Source: Geotalea uraniireducens Rf4
GTDB lineage: Bacteria; Desulfobacterota; Desulfuromonadia; Geobacterales; Geobacteraceae
Assembly (NCBI RefSeq): GCF_000016745.1
Contig: NC_009483.1
Span: forward strand, 3,300,001-3,332,000
DNA length: 32,000 nt
Direction of reading: 5' to 3'
Made by a program: the position numbers and the translations under genes. Within the stretch, counting starts at the first letter, position 1. Each line of letters starts with the position of its first letter. The notes beneath the pieces are model-generated. The model had not been told where the DNA came from. It saw only the letters and a list, made by a program, of their open reading frames with translations, and ran no database searches. Positions 1-8,489 of this stretch are shown piece after piece.

Positions 1-187
1 CGTCTATATCCGGAAGGTTTATATCGAGCAGAATGATGTCGGGAAGACTCTCTTCCAGCACCCTCTTCATGGCCTCCTTGCCGGTTGTTACCTGCTCTAT
101 TTCATAATTGTCACCGGCGAGAAGCCTCGACACTATCTTTCCCACATCCTTCTCATCATCAACCAGAAGAATCCTATGCATTTTCAT
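1..187 (-). CDS. Response regulator receiver-domain protein (N-terminal ~62 aa; rest runs off the window)
   Basis: Own minus-strand translation from the ATG at 187: MKMHRILLVDDEKDVGKIVSRLLAGDNYEIEQVTTGKEAMKRVLEESLPDIILLDINLPDID. This shows the CheY-like DD...D acidic pattern. The start overlaps the kinase stop by 14 nt (174-187). Confidence 0.85.
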   Translation of the reverse strand, partial: MKMHRILLVDDEKDVGKIVSRLLAGDNYEIEQVTTGKEAMKRVLEESLPDIILLDINLPDID

Positions 188-1229
188 CTTTTCTCCCATC
201 GGCCGGAAGAAGAATAGAAACGGTTGTCCCTACGCCTTCCTTGCTGGTGACCGTAATCCTGCCGTTATGCTCTCTGACGATGTTCCTGACAATGAAGAGC
301 CCAAGACCGTTCCCGTTGCACTTGGTAGTATGGAACGGTTTGAAAATCGTCTTCATATCCTTTTCGGATATCCCGATGCCGCTGTCCGTAACCTCCACAA
401 GAACCGCGTCCTTTCCGTCGAGATCAACTCTCTTTGCCGCTACGGAAAACTTTCCTCCGTTGGGCATCGCCTCGATTGAGTTCTTGACCAGGTTCAGAAA
501 TACCTGCTTCAAGCGATGGGGATTGCAGCATACTATCGGAAGATTATCCTCGATGGATGCCTCGATCACCACGCCGTGCCCCTCACATTCCTTCTCGACA
601 AAGTGCAGGATCTGTGAAAGGCTGCTGCAGATATCGTGAAAAACGATCTGTTCTTTATTGGGCCTCGAAAACTCCGAAATGTCTTTCAACAACTCGTGCA
701 TCCTGTCGATGTTTTCCATGACCACCTGGCTGTACATGGTCAAATCGCCGCCCATCCTTGTCAGGTGGTCGTTAAGGAATCGCATGGTGGATTTCATGAT
801 CCCCAGCGGATTCCCGATTTCGTGGGTGATGCAGGTGGCCAACTGTCCCATGGCAAAGAGCTTTTCCGCCTGCAGAAACTTCTCCTCCAGCCACATCCTT
901 TCCGACAGCTCTTCCATGAGGACGATGATCCCGTCCGGCGTAACGGATGTTGCGCTTTTCATCACGACCCTCAGGTCAATACCGTTGTTCAGGCGAAGCC
1001 TGCTTTCCCTTCTGCCGACCTCCCCCCCCAAAACATCTTCCATCATCCCCTTGAGAGTATCGTCCGGGACAATTTCGGAAAAGGGCCTGTTCAGAATTTC
1101 TTCGTCGATTGAAAAGAGATCCATGAAATCGCTGTTGGCCGCTTGAATGCGGAACTCACTCCCGAGGAGGAGGGCCGCCATGGGTATTGCCTCGAAAACA
1201 TGCGGGAACAGCAGGGATACTTCATTCAT
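174..1229 (-). CDS. Sensor histidine kinase (PAS + HisKA + HATPase_c)
   Basis: 351 aa ORF. H-box is CITHEIGNPLG, N-box NLVKNSIEAM, G1 DSGIGI, G2 GNGLGL. ATG at 1229 is preceded by GAGGTG. Confidence 0.9.
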   Translation of the reverse strand: MNEVSLLFPHVFEAIPMAALLLGSEFRIQAANSDFMDLFSIDEEILNRPFSEIVPDDTLKGMMEDVLGGEVGRRESRLRLNNGIDLRVVMKSATSVTPDGIIVLMEELSERMWLEEKFLQAEKLFAMGQLATCITHEIGNPLGIMKSTMRFLNDHLTRMGGDLTMYSQVVMENIDRMHELLKDISEFSRPNKEQIVFHDICSSLSQILHFVEKECEGHGVVIEASIEDNLPIVCCNPHRLKQVFLNLVKNSIEAMPNGGKFSVAAKRVDLDGKDAVLVEVTDSGIGISEKDMKTIFKPFHTTKCNGNGLGLFIVRNIVREHNGRITVTSKEGVGTTVSILLPADGRKDENA

Positions 1230-1332
1230 CAGTCACCTCGTTGCGCCCCTGAAATCTTTCGACAATTATTCACGCAAAGCCGGAACGCAAAGATATCCAA
1301 AATCTGAACAAGACGCAGATCAAATCAAAAGA

Positions 1333-1490
1333 CATCGCACCCTCCCCCGACCCCTCCTTTAGGCCCTTTGGGTCCATCAAGGGAGGGGAGCATTAAAGTC
1401 CCCTCGCCCCTTGTGGACCCATATTGCGGGCCTAAAGGAGAGGGTTAGGGTGAGGGGAAAGTGCGGATGTAAAAACTGGACAGTGCTGAC
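1333..1490. repeat. G/C-rich hairpin-forming intergenic repeat, copy A (REP/MITE-like)
   Basis: Reverse complement of 3728-3850, apart from two extra internal segments (1358-1374 and ~1417-1438). Contains the stems CCCCTCC...GGGAGGGG and CCCTCGCCCC...GGGTGAGGGG. Confidence 0.8.
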
Positions 1491-1515
1491 TCTTTGTGGT
1501 GAAAAGTTTTAAGAT

Positions 1516-3621
1516 TTATCTGCGCCCTTCCATGAAGACTTTCATCGCCTCCTGGAAATGAGCTGCGGATATTTTCAACGTCTTGGGATCGTCTGCGCCT
1601 TTCTCGACGAACTCGCAGATTGCAATAATGGTAGCTTTTCTGCACAGGAACTCTATATCGGCGCCGACCAGTCCTTCCGTTTCAGCGGCAATGGACTTCA
1701 GATCAACGTCCTTGAGAAGCGGTTTGCCTCTCGTATGAACCTTGAATATCTCCAGGCGGGCATCTTCGCCGGGAGGCGGGATCTCGACGAGGATATCGAT
1801 GCGCCCCGGCCTCAGGAGAGCCGGGTCTATGATATCCTTTCTGTTGGTGGCGCCGAGGATGAAGACCCCCTTCAGCTCTTCGGTCCCGTCTATCTCGGTC
1901 AGGAGCTGGCTTATGACCCGCTCCGACACATGGGAATCTCCGCCCCCTCCCCTTGCAGGAGCAATTGCGTCCATCTCGTCGAAAAAGAGTATGCAGGGGG
2001 CTGACTGCCTCGCCCTTTTGAACACCTCCCTGATAGACCGCTCCGACTCCCCCACATATTTGGACATGAGGGCCGGCCCCTTGATGGAAATGAAGTTCAC
2101 CTTGCTTTCCGTGGCGAGAGCCTTGGCAAGGAGAGTCTTTCCCGTCCCGGGAGGGCCGTAGAGAAGGATACCCTTCGGCGGCTTCACCTTGGCGAATTCG
2201 TAAAGGTCTGCATGCACAAGGGGCCAGACGACCGCCTCGTTGAGCTCTTTTTTCACATTTTGCAACCCGCCCACTTCATCCCATGTCACATTGGGGATAT
2301 CCACGAAGAACTCCCTCATGGCTGTCGGCTCTATCTCCCCCTGGGCTCTCATGAAATCCTCCATGGTCACGTTCAGCTCCTGAAGGAGTTCATAAGGGAT
2401 CTGCTCAAGCTCAAACTCTATCTTGGGAATGATCCTCCTGATTGAATTCATGGCCGCTTCCCGACAGAGGGCCTCCAGGTCCGCCCCTACAAAGCCGTGG
2501 GTTACCTGGGCAAGCTTCAGCAGGTTCACGTCATCGGTGAGGGGCATTCCTCTCGTATGGATATCGAGGATCTCCATCCTCCCATTGACGTCGGGGATTC
2601 CTATCTCCAGTTCCCGGTCGAACCGCCCGGGCCTGCGAAGGGCCTGATCAAGGGCGTTGGGAATATTCGTGGCGCCGATAACGATGACCTGCCCCCGCTC
2701 CGCCAGGCCGTCCATCAGCGCAAGGAGCTGGGCCACAACTCTCTTCTCCACTTCCCCGGTGACCTGCTCCCTTTTCGGAGCGATGGCGTCGATCTCGTCG
2801 AGGAATATGATGCTGGGGGCGTTTTTTCTTGCCTCCTCGAACAGGTTCCGGAGCTTGGCCTCGCTCTCGCCGTAAAATTTGTGGATTATCTCCGGTCCGC
2901 TGACGGAGTAGAAACTGGCGTTGGTCTCGTTGGCCACCGCCCGCGCGATAAGGGTCTTTCCCGTTCCTGGAGGGCCATGCAGAAGGAGCCCCTTCGGCGG
3001 ATCGATCCCGAGCTTTTCAAATATCTGCGGGTGCCTCAGGGGAAGCTCTATCATCTCCCGGACCTTCTGTATCCCCTTTCCCAGCCCGCCGATATCCTCG
3101 TAGGACACCCTCGCCTTGGTCAGCTTGGCCCCTTTTTCCTCTATCCTTATGAGCGTCTGCGGATTTATCATCACGGCCCCGGTCGGGATGGTGTCTGCAA
3201 CCGTGAAATCCTGATACCTCGATCCGAACACGGTTGCCCTGACCCGGTCGCCAGAAACTATGGGAAGTCCCTCCAGAAGCCGCCCGACGAATTTTGAGTC
3301 CCTACCGGCCATTCCGGTGACGACCGGCGACAGGACCACCTTGTTGGCCGCCTTACACGCCACCTTTTTAATATGGACCTTCTCGCCGATCGCGGTGCTG
3401 GCATTACTCCTTGTGAGACCATCTACCTGGATCAGCCCCTTTCCCCGAAGGTCCCTGAACACAGGCATCACCCTGGCCACAGTGGGCTTTTTGCCGGTTA
3501 TCTCCACCACATCCCCTATCTCCACCTCCAATTTGGTGAGGACCTCGGGATCTATCCGGGCAATCCCCCTCCCCACATCTTTCGGCAGAGCCTCCGTGAC
3601 TTTCAGGCTGATCTCGGACAT
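1516..3621 (-). CDS. CDC48/VCP/p97-type AAA+ ATPase (N-domain + D1 + D2)
   Basis: Two Walker A motifs (GPPGTGKT, twice) and two Walker B motifs (IIFLDEID, ILFFDEMD). N-terminus ...GRGIARIDPE...GD.VEI.G fits a CDC48 N-domain. I prefer the ATG at 3621 (MSEISLK), which follows GGAGGAAAAG, over the track start at 3633. Confidence 0.95.
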   Translation of the reverse strand: MSEISLKVTEALPKDVGRGIARIDPEVLTKLEVEIGDVVEITGKKPTVARVMPVFRDLRGKGLIQVDGLTRSNASTAIGEKVHIKKVACKAANKVVLSPVVTGMAGRDSKFVGRLLEGLPIVSGDRVRATVFGSRYQDFTVADTIPTGAVMINPQTLIRIEEKGAKLTKARVSYEDIGGLGKGIQKVREMIELPLRHPQIFEKLGIDPPKGLLLHGPPGTGKTLIARAVANETNASFYSVSGPEIIHKFYGESEAKLRNLFEEARKNAPSIIFLDEIDAIAPKREQVTGEVEKRVVAQLLALMDGLAERGQVIVIGATNIPNALDQALRRPGRFDRELEIGIPDVNGRMEILDIHTRGMPLTDDVNLLKLAQVTHGFVGADLEALCREAAMNSIRRIIPKIEFELEQIPYELLQELNVTMEDFMRAQGEIEPTAMREFFVDIPNVTWDEVGGLQNVKKELNEAVVWPLVHADLYEFAKVKPPKGILLYGPPGTGKTLLAKALATESKVNFISIKGPALMSKYVGESERSIREVFKRARQSAPCILFFDEMDAIAPARGGGGDSHVSERVISQLLTEIDGTEELKGVFILGATNRKDIIDPALLRPGRIDILVEIPPPGEDARLEIFKVHTRGKPLLKDVDLKSIAAETEGLVGADIEFLCRKATIIAICEFVEKGADDPKTLKISAAHFQEAMKVFMEGRR

Positions 3622-3727
3622 CTTTTCCTCCATTCCAGTAAGTTTGCAATCGGGCGAGGCAAGCTTCGTCCATGCTGTCCATATGTTTATCCACCAATAT
3701 CAATAACGAGGCTGACTGTGGATTCAG

Positions 3728-3850
3728 GTCAGCATTGTCCAACTAGTTTTTGCATCCGCATTTCCCCCTCACCCTAGCCCTCTCCCACAAGGGGCGAGGG
3801 GACTTTAAAGCTCCCCTCCCTTGATGGGAGGGGTTGGGGGAGGGTGCATG
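3728..3850. repeat. G/C-rich hairpin-forming intergenic repeat, copy B (inverted relative to copy A)
   Basis: The reverse complement aligns block by block with 1333-1490: CATGCACCCTCCCCCAACCCCTCC, CATCAAGGGAGGGGAGCTTTAAAGTCCCCTCGCCCCTTGTGG, then GAGAGGGCTAGGGTGAGGGGGAAATGCGGATGCAAAAACT..GGACAATGCTGAC. Confidence 0.8.
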
Positions 3851-3905
3851 TGCTGGTTTGTATGGCTTGGAGTCAGTGCTATTTTTTAACCGGACACGAC
3901 TGGAT

Positions 3906-4487
3906 TCAGGTCAGATAAATCACCTTGATATCCTTTGGGAGCCTCTTCTCGACTTTGTGCATGGCTCCTATGAACAATACCCCCGTCTCCCCCTCTTCGA
4001 GTGTATCGGAAATTCTTTTGGCGATGAATTCATCCCTCTTTGCCAAGAGTCCGTTGCTGTTGCTCCTGAATGCGTCAAGCCTTCCCTTGCCCCCCCTTGC
4101 CCCGGGTTCAGCGATTATCGCCTTGATTTTTCTGTGTTCCTCCAGGAGCAGGTTCGGATCCTCTGTCCCGATGATTGCCGCACCTTTCTCCACCAGTTCC
4201 ATGAGGAGCATATGATTACGGCTCCCCATGCCGGCCAGTTCCTGCACGATGTCAGATTCCTTTCCGCATACCGGAAGCCCATCCTGATAGAGTTTTGTTC
4301 TGGCATAGTCGAGAGGCATGGCGAGGAGCCGCTTTCTGATGGTATCCCAGAGTTGCGAGATAAGCCGCAAGTGTTCGAGCCACTTGCTCTTTCCGTACCG
4401 GGCGAGGAACTCATTCCTCACATCCTCGGATAAGGACCCCATGTCCACCTCGGTATGGATTATCGGTATGTATACGAGCCGGCGCAC
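3906..4487 (-). CDS. Hypothetical protein, 193 aa, no family recognised
   Basis: Long ORF with a GTG start at 4487, 3 nt after the stop of the upstream ORF. A later ATG at 4442 is possible. The N-terminus VYIPIIHTEVDMGS and C-terminal GVLFIGAMHKVEK look like conserved strand-plus-His motifs. Confidence 0.6.
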   Translation of the reverse strand: MRRLVYIPIIHTEVDMGSLSEDVRNEFLARYGKSKWLEHLRLISQLWDTIRKRLLAMPLDYARTKLYQDGLPVCGKESDIVQELAGMGSRNHMLLMELVEKGAAIIGTEDPNLLLEEHRKIKAIIAEPGARGGKGRLDAFRSNSNGLLAKRDEFIAKRISDTLEEGETGVLFIGAMHKVEKRLPKDIKVIYLT

Positions 4488-4490
4488 CGG

Positions 4491-4763
4491 TCAACCCCTG
4501 TAATGGGAAAGTTCCAACCCTTTCAGAATCAGTTCCCCCGCCTCTTTCCTTTCCGTCATCACCGTCTTGCAGTTCAGGCAACTGTTGCTATCGTCGGAGA
4601 AGTCGGAACAGTTCAGCAAAACCGATATTTCCTCGAGATTTTCATGAACCAATGACTTCTTTTCCGCTGCCGAATCCGCCACGTTGATGGTCTCGGTGAG
4701 ACAGAAGATGATCTGATCCTGCTTTTTGAAGTAGGGGCAATCGATGTTAATAACTCTTCGCAT
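4491..4763 (-). CDS. Small Cys-rich hypothetical protein (~90 aa)
   Basis: ATG at 4763 (MRRVINIDCPYF...) is preceded by GGGGAGGAG. It has five Cys, including SCLNC. It is tightly spaced with the next ORF. The track start at 4778 lies inside the SD. Confidence 0.5.
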   Translation of the reverse strand: MRRVINIDCPYFKKQDQIIFCLTETINVADSAAEKKSLVHENLEEISVLLNCSDFSDDSNSCLNCKTVMTERKEAGELILKGLELSHYRG

Positions 4764-5094
4764 ACGGCTCCTCCCCATTCAGATCGAATTGCACATAAGC
4801 AATTAACCGTAAATAGTTAAAATGTTTTCACATAACAAATAAAGCATAGAAGGTTGTATCGGGTTGTCAAGGGACTTCGCACCATGGATGTTGAAGTAAC
4901 TGAGAGGCAAGACGCAAAAAAATATGGGATACAAGGCAGGACTTATGGAAGGGATGCGGTCAATTTAAAGCGCAGAATAATTCGTCCAGGCAATCAGGAT
5001 GGCGCATATTTCAGGCAGAGACCTCCGAGATTTCAGAACTCCCGGAGGTCTGTTCATACGCCGGTTTGAATGCGAATCGGATCGAGTCCGGGCA

Positions 5095-6744
5095 TTAGGC
5101 AACCAGCTTGAAATGCCCGACCAGACTTTGCAGTTCCTCGGACAAGTGTGAGAGTTGCGATGCCGCATGGGCCGATTCCTGCGCCCCTTTGGCAGTCTCG
5201 TGTACAACGCCGGTAATCTGCTGGATGTTATTGCTGATCTCAGCGGTGGTGGCTGTCTGTTCTTCGGCAGCGGTGGCGATCTGATTGACCTGCATGGCAA
5301 CGCTGTTAATCTGGTCGAGGATATCCTGCAAGGCCTGCCCTGACTTGGCAGCTTCGAAAGTTCCATTCTCAACCTCTTTCACACTTTCCTCCATGATGCC
5401 GACTGCCCCTTTGGTTTCATTCTGAATTGCATTGATCATTTCTCCTATCTCTCTGGTAGCCTTGGTCGTGCGCTCAGCCAAGGCCCGCACTTCGTCGGCG
5501 ACAACGGCAAAACCACGCCCCTGTTCACCGGCACGCGCCGCTTCTATGGCCGCGTTCAGGGCCAAAAGGTTGGTCTGATCTGCAATGTCTTCAATGGTGC
5601 CGATGATTTCGCCAATCTGGTCCGATCTGTCGCCGAGGCCCTCAATTGTTTTGGCAGTATCTCTGACCCGACCCGCTATCCGATTCATGACCTGGACCGT
5701 CCCTGCGACAACTTTCGCTCCGTTCATCGCCGCTTTATTGGCCTGCTGTGAGCCCTGCGCTGCCATGTTGCAGTTCTGCGCTATCTCGGTAGAGGTTGCC
5801 GCCATCTCTTCGCCGGCCGTGGCCACCGTTCCTGCCTGGGCCGCCACCTCCTCAAAACCGGCAGCCATCTGCTCCGAGGTGGAAGACAATTGACCGGCGG
5901 CTGAAGCCACCCGGATGGTATTGTTGGTCACCTGCGAAATAATGCTGTGGAGCTTGTCTATAAATATATTGAACCACGATGCCAATTCGCCGATTTCATC
6001 CTTACCCGTAATTTTGATCCGTTTAGTCAGGTCCCCTTCTCCCTGGGCAATATCCCGCAGCATATCGACAACCCTGGCAATAGGTTTTGTGACCGAATTG
6101 GAAACAATAATGCCCACCGCAAAACTCAAGACTGCGGACAAGATGATCAAAGCAACCATGAAAACGAAAGCCTTGTGGTATGACGCCATATCCTCTTTGA
6201 ACATGGTTTCACCTTCATTTACATTGTCTGCGACCAGTGCAACAGCCGCCTGGGCCGGTTTTTCATAAAGAGGGGCAACAGAGTTCGTCGCATACTTGAC
6301 GGTTTCACTATCCTCTCTCTTTCCGGAACCGATTTCCATTCTTGCCATCTCAACCAGCTTGAATCCTTCAACCGTATACCGTGCAAACCCCTCTTTAAAT
6401 TCATTAAGATGAGCACGTTCGTTAGCATTCAAGTCGTATTTTTCCAGCGCAGCAATATCTTCTTTAATTTTATCGATCCTCTTCTTCATATCCTCGACTT
6501 TTAATTGAAATTTTGCCGAATCGCTCAGGGACAACATATAGACAAGATTCAGGCGTATATGGAGAAAGTTCTTTTCTATTTCGGAAAGCCTTGCCACATG
6601 CTTCAGGCTGGTATTTGCGTCCCCTATGGAACCGCTCAACTCTCGCATGTTGATCAACCCCACCGCCCCGACAATGCAGAGCGCAACGCAAAAACCGACA
6701 ATCAACAGGATCATTTTTGTTTTGACCTTTAAATTGGAAAACAT
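5095..6744 (-). CDS. Methyl-accepting chemotaxis protein (4-helix-bundle sensor, HAMP, MA signalling domain)
   Basis: 549 aa with an N-terminal TM, a second TM, and a HAMP segment ([23 protein letters not shown]). It carries the highly conserved hairpin tip [46 protein letters not shown] lies before the ATG. Confidence 0.95.
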   Translation of the reverse strand: MFSNLKVKTKMILLIVGFCVALCIVGAVGLINMRELSGSIGDANTSLKHVARLSEIEKNFLHIRLNLVYMLSLSDSAKFQLKVEDMKKRIDKIKEDIAALEKYDLNANERAHLNEFKEGFARYTVEGFKLVEMARMEIGSGKREDSETVKYATNSVAPLYEKPAQAAVALVADNVNEGETMFKEDMASYHKAFVFMVALIILSAVLSFAVGIIVSNSVTKPIARVVDMLRDIAQGEGDLTKRIKITGKDEIGELASWFNIFIDKLHSIISQVTNNTIRVASAAGQLSSTSEQMAAGFEEVAAQAGTVATAGEEMAATSTEIAQNCNMAAQGSQQANKAAMNGAKVVAGTVQVMNRIAGRVRDTAKTIEGLGDRSDQIGEIIGTIEDIADQTNLLALNAAIEAARAGEQGRGFAVVADEVRALAERTTKATREIGEMINAIQNETKGAVGIMEESVKEVENGTFEAAKSGQALQDILDQINSVAMQVNQIATAAEEQTATTAEISNNIQQITGVVHETAKGAQESAHAASQLSHLSEELQSLVGHFKLVA

Positions 6745-6890
6745 TTTCGCCTCCTTTGTAATTGTTTTACTCTAATAGTTTTATCGGCATTGAATCGCAC
6801 ATATTAAATATTATTTTTTAACTGCTTGCAACCATACACAAGTCGATGCCTTGTCAGCCTTGACAAGCTGATATCATTCATATTTTTTTC

Positions 6891-6899
6891 TGCTATAAT
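6891..6899 (+). promoter_or_regulatory. Candidate extended -10 promoter (TGcTATAAT) for the flavin reductase gene
   Basis: TGCTATAAT lies 43 nt upstream of the ATG at 6942. The palindrome CTTGTCA-N4-TGACAAG at 6850-6867 lies upstream. No good -35 at 17 bp. Confidence 0.35.
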
Positions 6900-6941
6900 C
6901 CCGGCAGCAACATTTATTACGCTCATCCGAGGAGGAAACCC

Positions 6942-7544
6942 ATGTCGAAAATATCTCTTGGCGCCAAGACCCTGGCTGCGCCAACGCCAGCCTGGCTGGT
7001 GGGAACCTATGACGCAACCAACCGACCGAACCTGGCAACCATCGCCTGGGGCGGCGTCTGCTGCTCTGATCCACCGGCCGTTGCAATCTCCCTGCGTAAA
7101 TCACGGCACTCCTACGACGCGATTACGGCGCGCAAAGCCTTCACCATAAATGTGCCGTCAGAGCAGTTTGTGCGAGAAGCCGACTATGTCGGCATAGTCT
7201 CCGGCAGAGATACCGACAAGTTCGCTGCCACCAGACTCACCCCGGTCGGAAGCACCTTGGTGGACGCGCCCTATGTGGCAGAGTTCCCGCTGGTTCTGGA
7301 ATGCCGCCTGATTCATACAATCGAGATCGGCATTCATACCCAGTTCATCGGCGAAATCGTCGATGTCAAAGCCGCAGAAGAAATCCTCAACGCGGAAGGC
7401 CTCCCGGATGGGGAGCTGGTTCGTCCCATCGTCTACGACCCGGGGACGCGCAACTACTTCGGTTTAGGGAAGATTCTCGGCAAGGGGTTTGTTATCGGCA
7501 AGGAATTGCGTACGGAATCGGGCGGGACATCGGGACAGGAATAA
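6942..7544 (+). CDS. Flavin reductase-like / flavoredoxin family protein
   Basis: 200 aa. ...PAWLVGTYDATNRPNLATIAWGGVCCSDPPAVAISLRKSRHSYDAI... resembles FMN-binding split-barrel flavin reductase-like proteins. GAGGAGG SD. Confidence 0.8.
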   Translation: MSKISLGAKTLAAPTPAWLVGTYDATNRPNLATIAWGGVCCSDPPAVAISLRKSRHSYDAITARKAFTINVPSEQFVREADYVGIVSGRDTDKFAATRLTPVGSTLVDAPYVAEFPLVLECRLIHTIEIGIHTQFIGEIVDVKAAEEILNAEGLPDGELVRPIVYDPGTRNYFGLGKILGKGFVIGKELRTESGGTSGQE

Positions 7545-7592
7545 CGGGGGAGATGGATCGGCAAGGAAGGTTGATCCCATAAAAAGCATTTT

Positions 7593-7668
7593 AGCCACGA
7601 ATTGTCACGAATTTGCACGAATATACAAGCTCTTGTGATCACCAGACTGGTGACTGTCATTCGTGGCT
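7593..7668. repeat. Inverted-repeat-bounded element with 10-bp-phased CACGAAT heptamers
   Basis: AGCCACGAAT (7593-7602) pairs with ATTCGTGGCT (7659-7668). CACGAAT occurs at 7596, 7606 and 7616. The internal palindrome TCACCAG-A-CTGGTGA is at 7639-7653. Confidence 0.6.
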
Positions 7669-7693
7669 AACTGCCGTTTTGGGGTTAATAAGT

Positions 7694-7728
7694 AATAAAA
7701 AAACCTGCTTCACGCAGGTTTTTTTATT
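7694..7728. terminator. Bidirectional rho-independent terminator
   Basis: AATAAAAAAACCTGC-TTCAC-GCAGGTTTTTTTATT is a perfect extended palindrome with A/T runs on both sides. It sits between convergent genes and overlaps the TAA of the minus-strand gene. Confidence 0.8.
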
Positions 7729-8425
7729 ACTTACCCTTCGCCCGTGGCGAATTCAGCCTCGCTACAAACACCACGTGCCTGAGCCCACCACGGCCCGGCC
7801 GCTCGCTGGTCACCGTAAAGCCGGCTGCACAGAGTCGCTTGTCGAATTCGGCGTCGTAGTTTTCTCCCCACACAGCGAAGACTCCGTCCGGTTTGAGGGC
7901 GGCGCGCGTATTTTCGATGGCCCTGCTGCCGTAGAGCGGGTCGTCGCGCTTGTGAGAGCGATAGTGGGGACCTTTGTAGAGGTCGAGGACAACGGCGTCG
8001 AACCCCTCTTCCCCGCTGCCTGTTTTTGACCTGCGAATCAGGTCGGCAACGTCGGCAATCTCTACGCTCACCCGGGGATCTGCAACGGCGCTGTCCGTAA
8101 GGCCTGCCAAAGGTCCGCGGCACCATTTCTCGACAACCGGATTCAGTTCGGCCACCACTACCCGTCCGGTGTTCGGCAGTGAGTCGAGGACAGCCTTGAG
8201 CGTGTACCCCATCCCCAGGCCGCCGACCAGTACCCGCGGGCTTGCCTGGCTCTTCAGGTGGCCGCAAGCGAGTTGGCCGAGGGCCACCTCGGAACGGTGT
8301 GCCGAACTGTTCATCAGCACAAGCCCCCCCACGGTGATGAGAAAGTCGCGCTCGCCGCGTTGGCGCAGTTCGAGGATACCTTCTTTGGTGCTGATACTGT
8401 CGACGATTATCCAGGGTTGAGCCAT
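7727..8425 (-). CDS. Spermidine-synthase-like SAM-dependent methyltransferase-fold protein
   Basis: 232 aa. The VLVGGLGMGYTL glycine-rich SAM loop, VVVAELNP and FDAVVLDLY match a spermine/spermidine synthase-like layout. Confidence 0.7.
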   Translation of the reverse strand: MAQPWIIVDSISTKEGILELRQRGERDFLITVGGLVLMNSSAHRSEVALGQLACGHLKSQASPRVLVGGLGMGYTLKAVLDSLPNTGRVVVAELNPVVEKWCRGPLAGLTDSAVADPRVSVEIADVADLIRRSKTGSGEEGFDAVVLDLYKGPHYRSHKRDDPLYGSRAIENTRAALKPDGVFAVWGENYDAEFDKRLCAAGFTVTSERPGRGGLRHVVFVARLNSPRAKGK

Positions 8426-8489
8426 GGTAAAAACCTCGGGTAATAAAAGTAGAGCTCTACGACTCTTTAAATTGACCGTTTACTTCTCG

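Noticed and set aside
3658-3672. A sigma54-type promoter upstream of CDC48 (minus strand TGGACG-AAGC-TTGCC).
   Set aside because: The spacing between the GG and GC elements is one nucleotide short of the TGGCAC-N5-TTGC consensus, and the -24 box is imperfect. No enhancer-binding protein gene is adjacent.
4854-5069. 71-aa plus-strand ORF in the spacer between the MCP gene and the Cys-rich ORF.
   Set aside because: It has no SD, an Arg-rich low-complexity product, and spans an AT-rich promoter-like region and a hairpin (AGACCTCCG...CGGAGGTCT). It is more likely non-coding.
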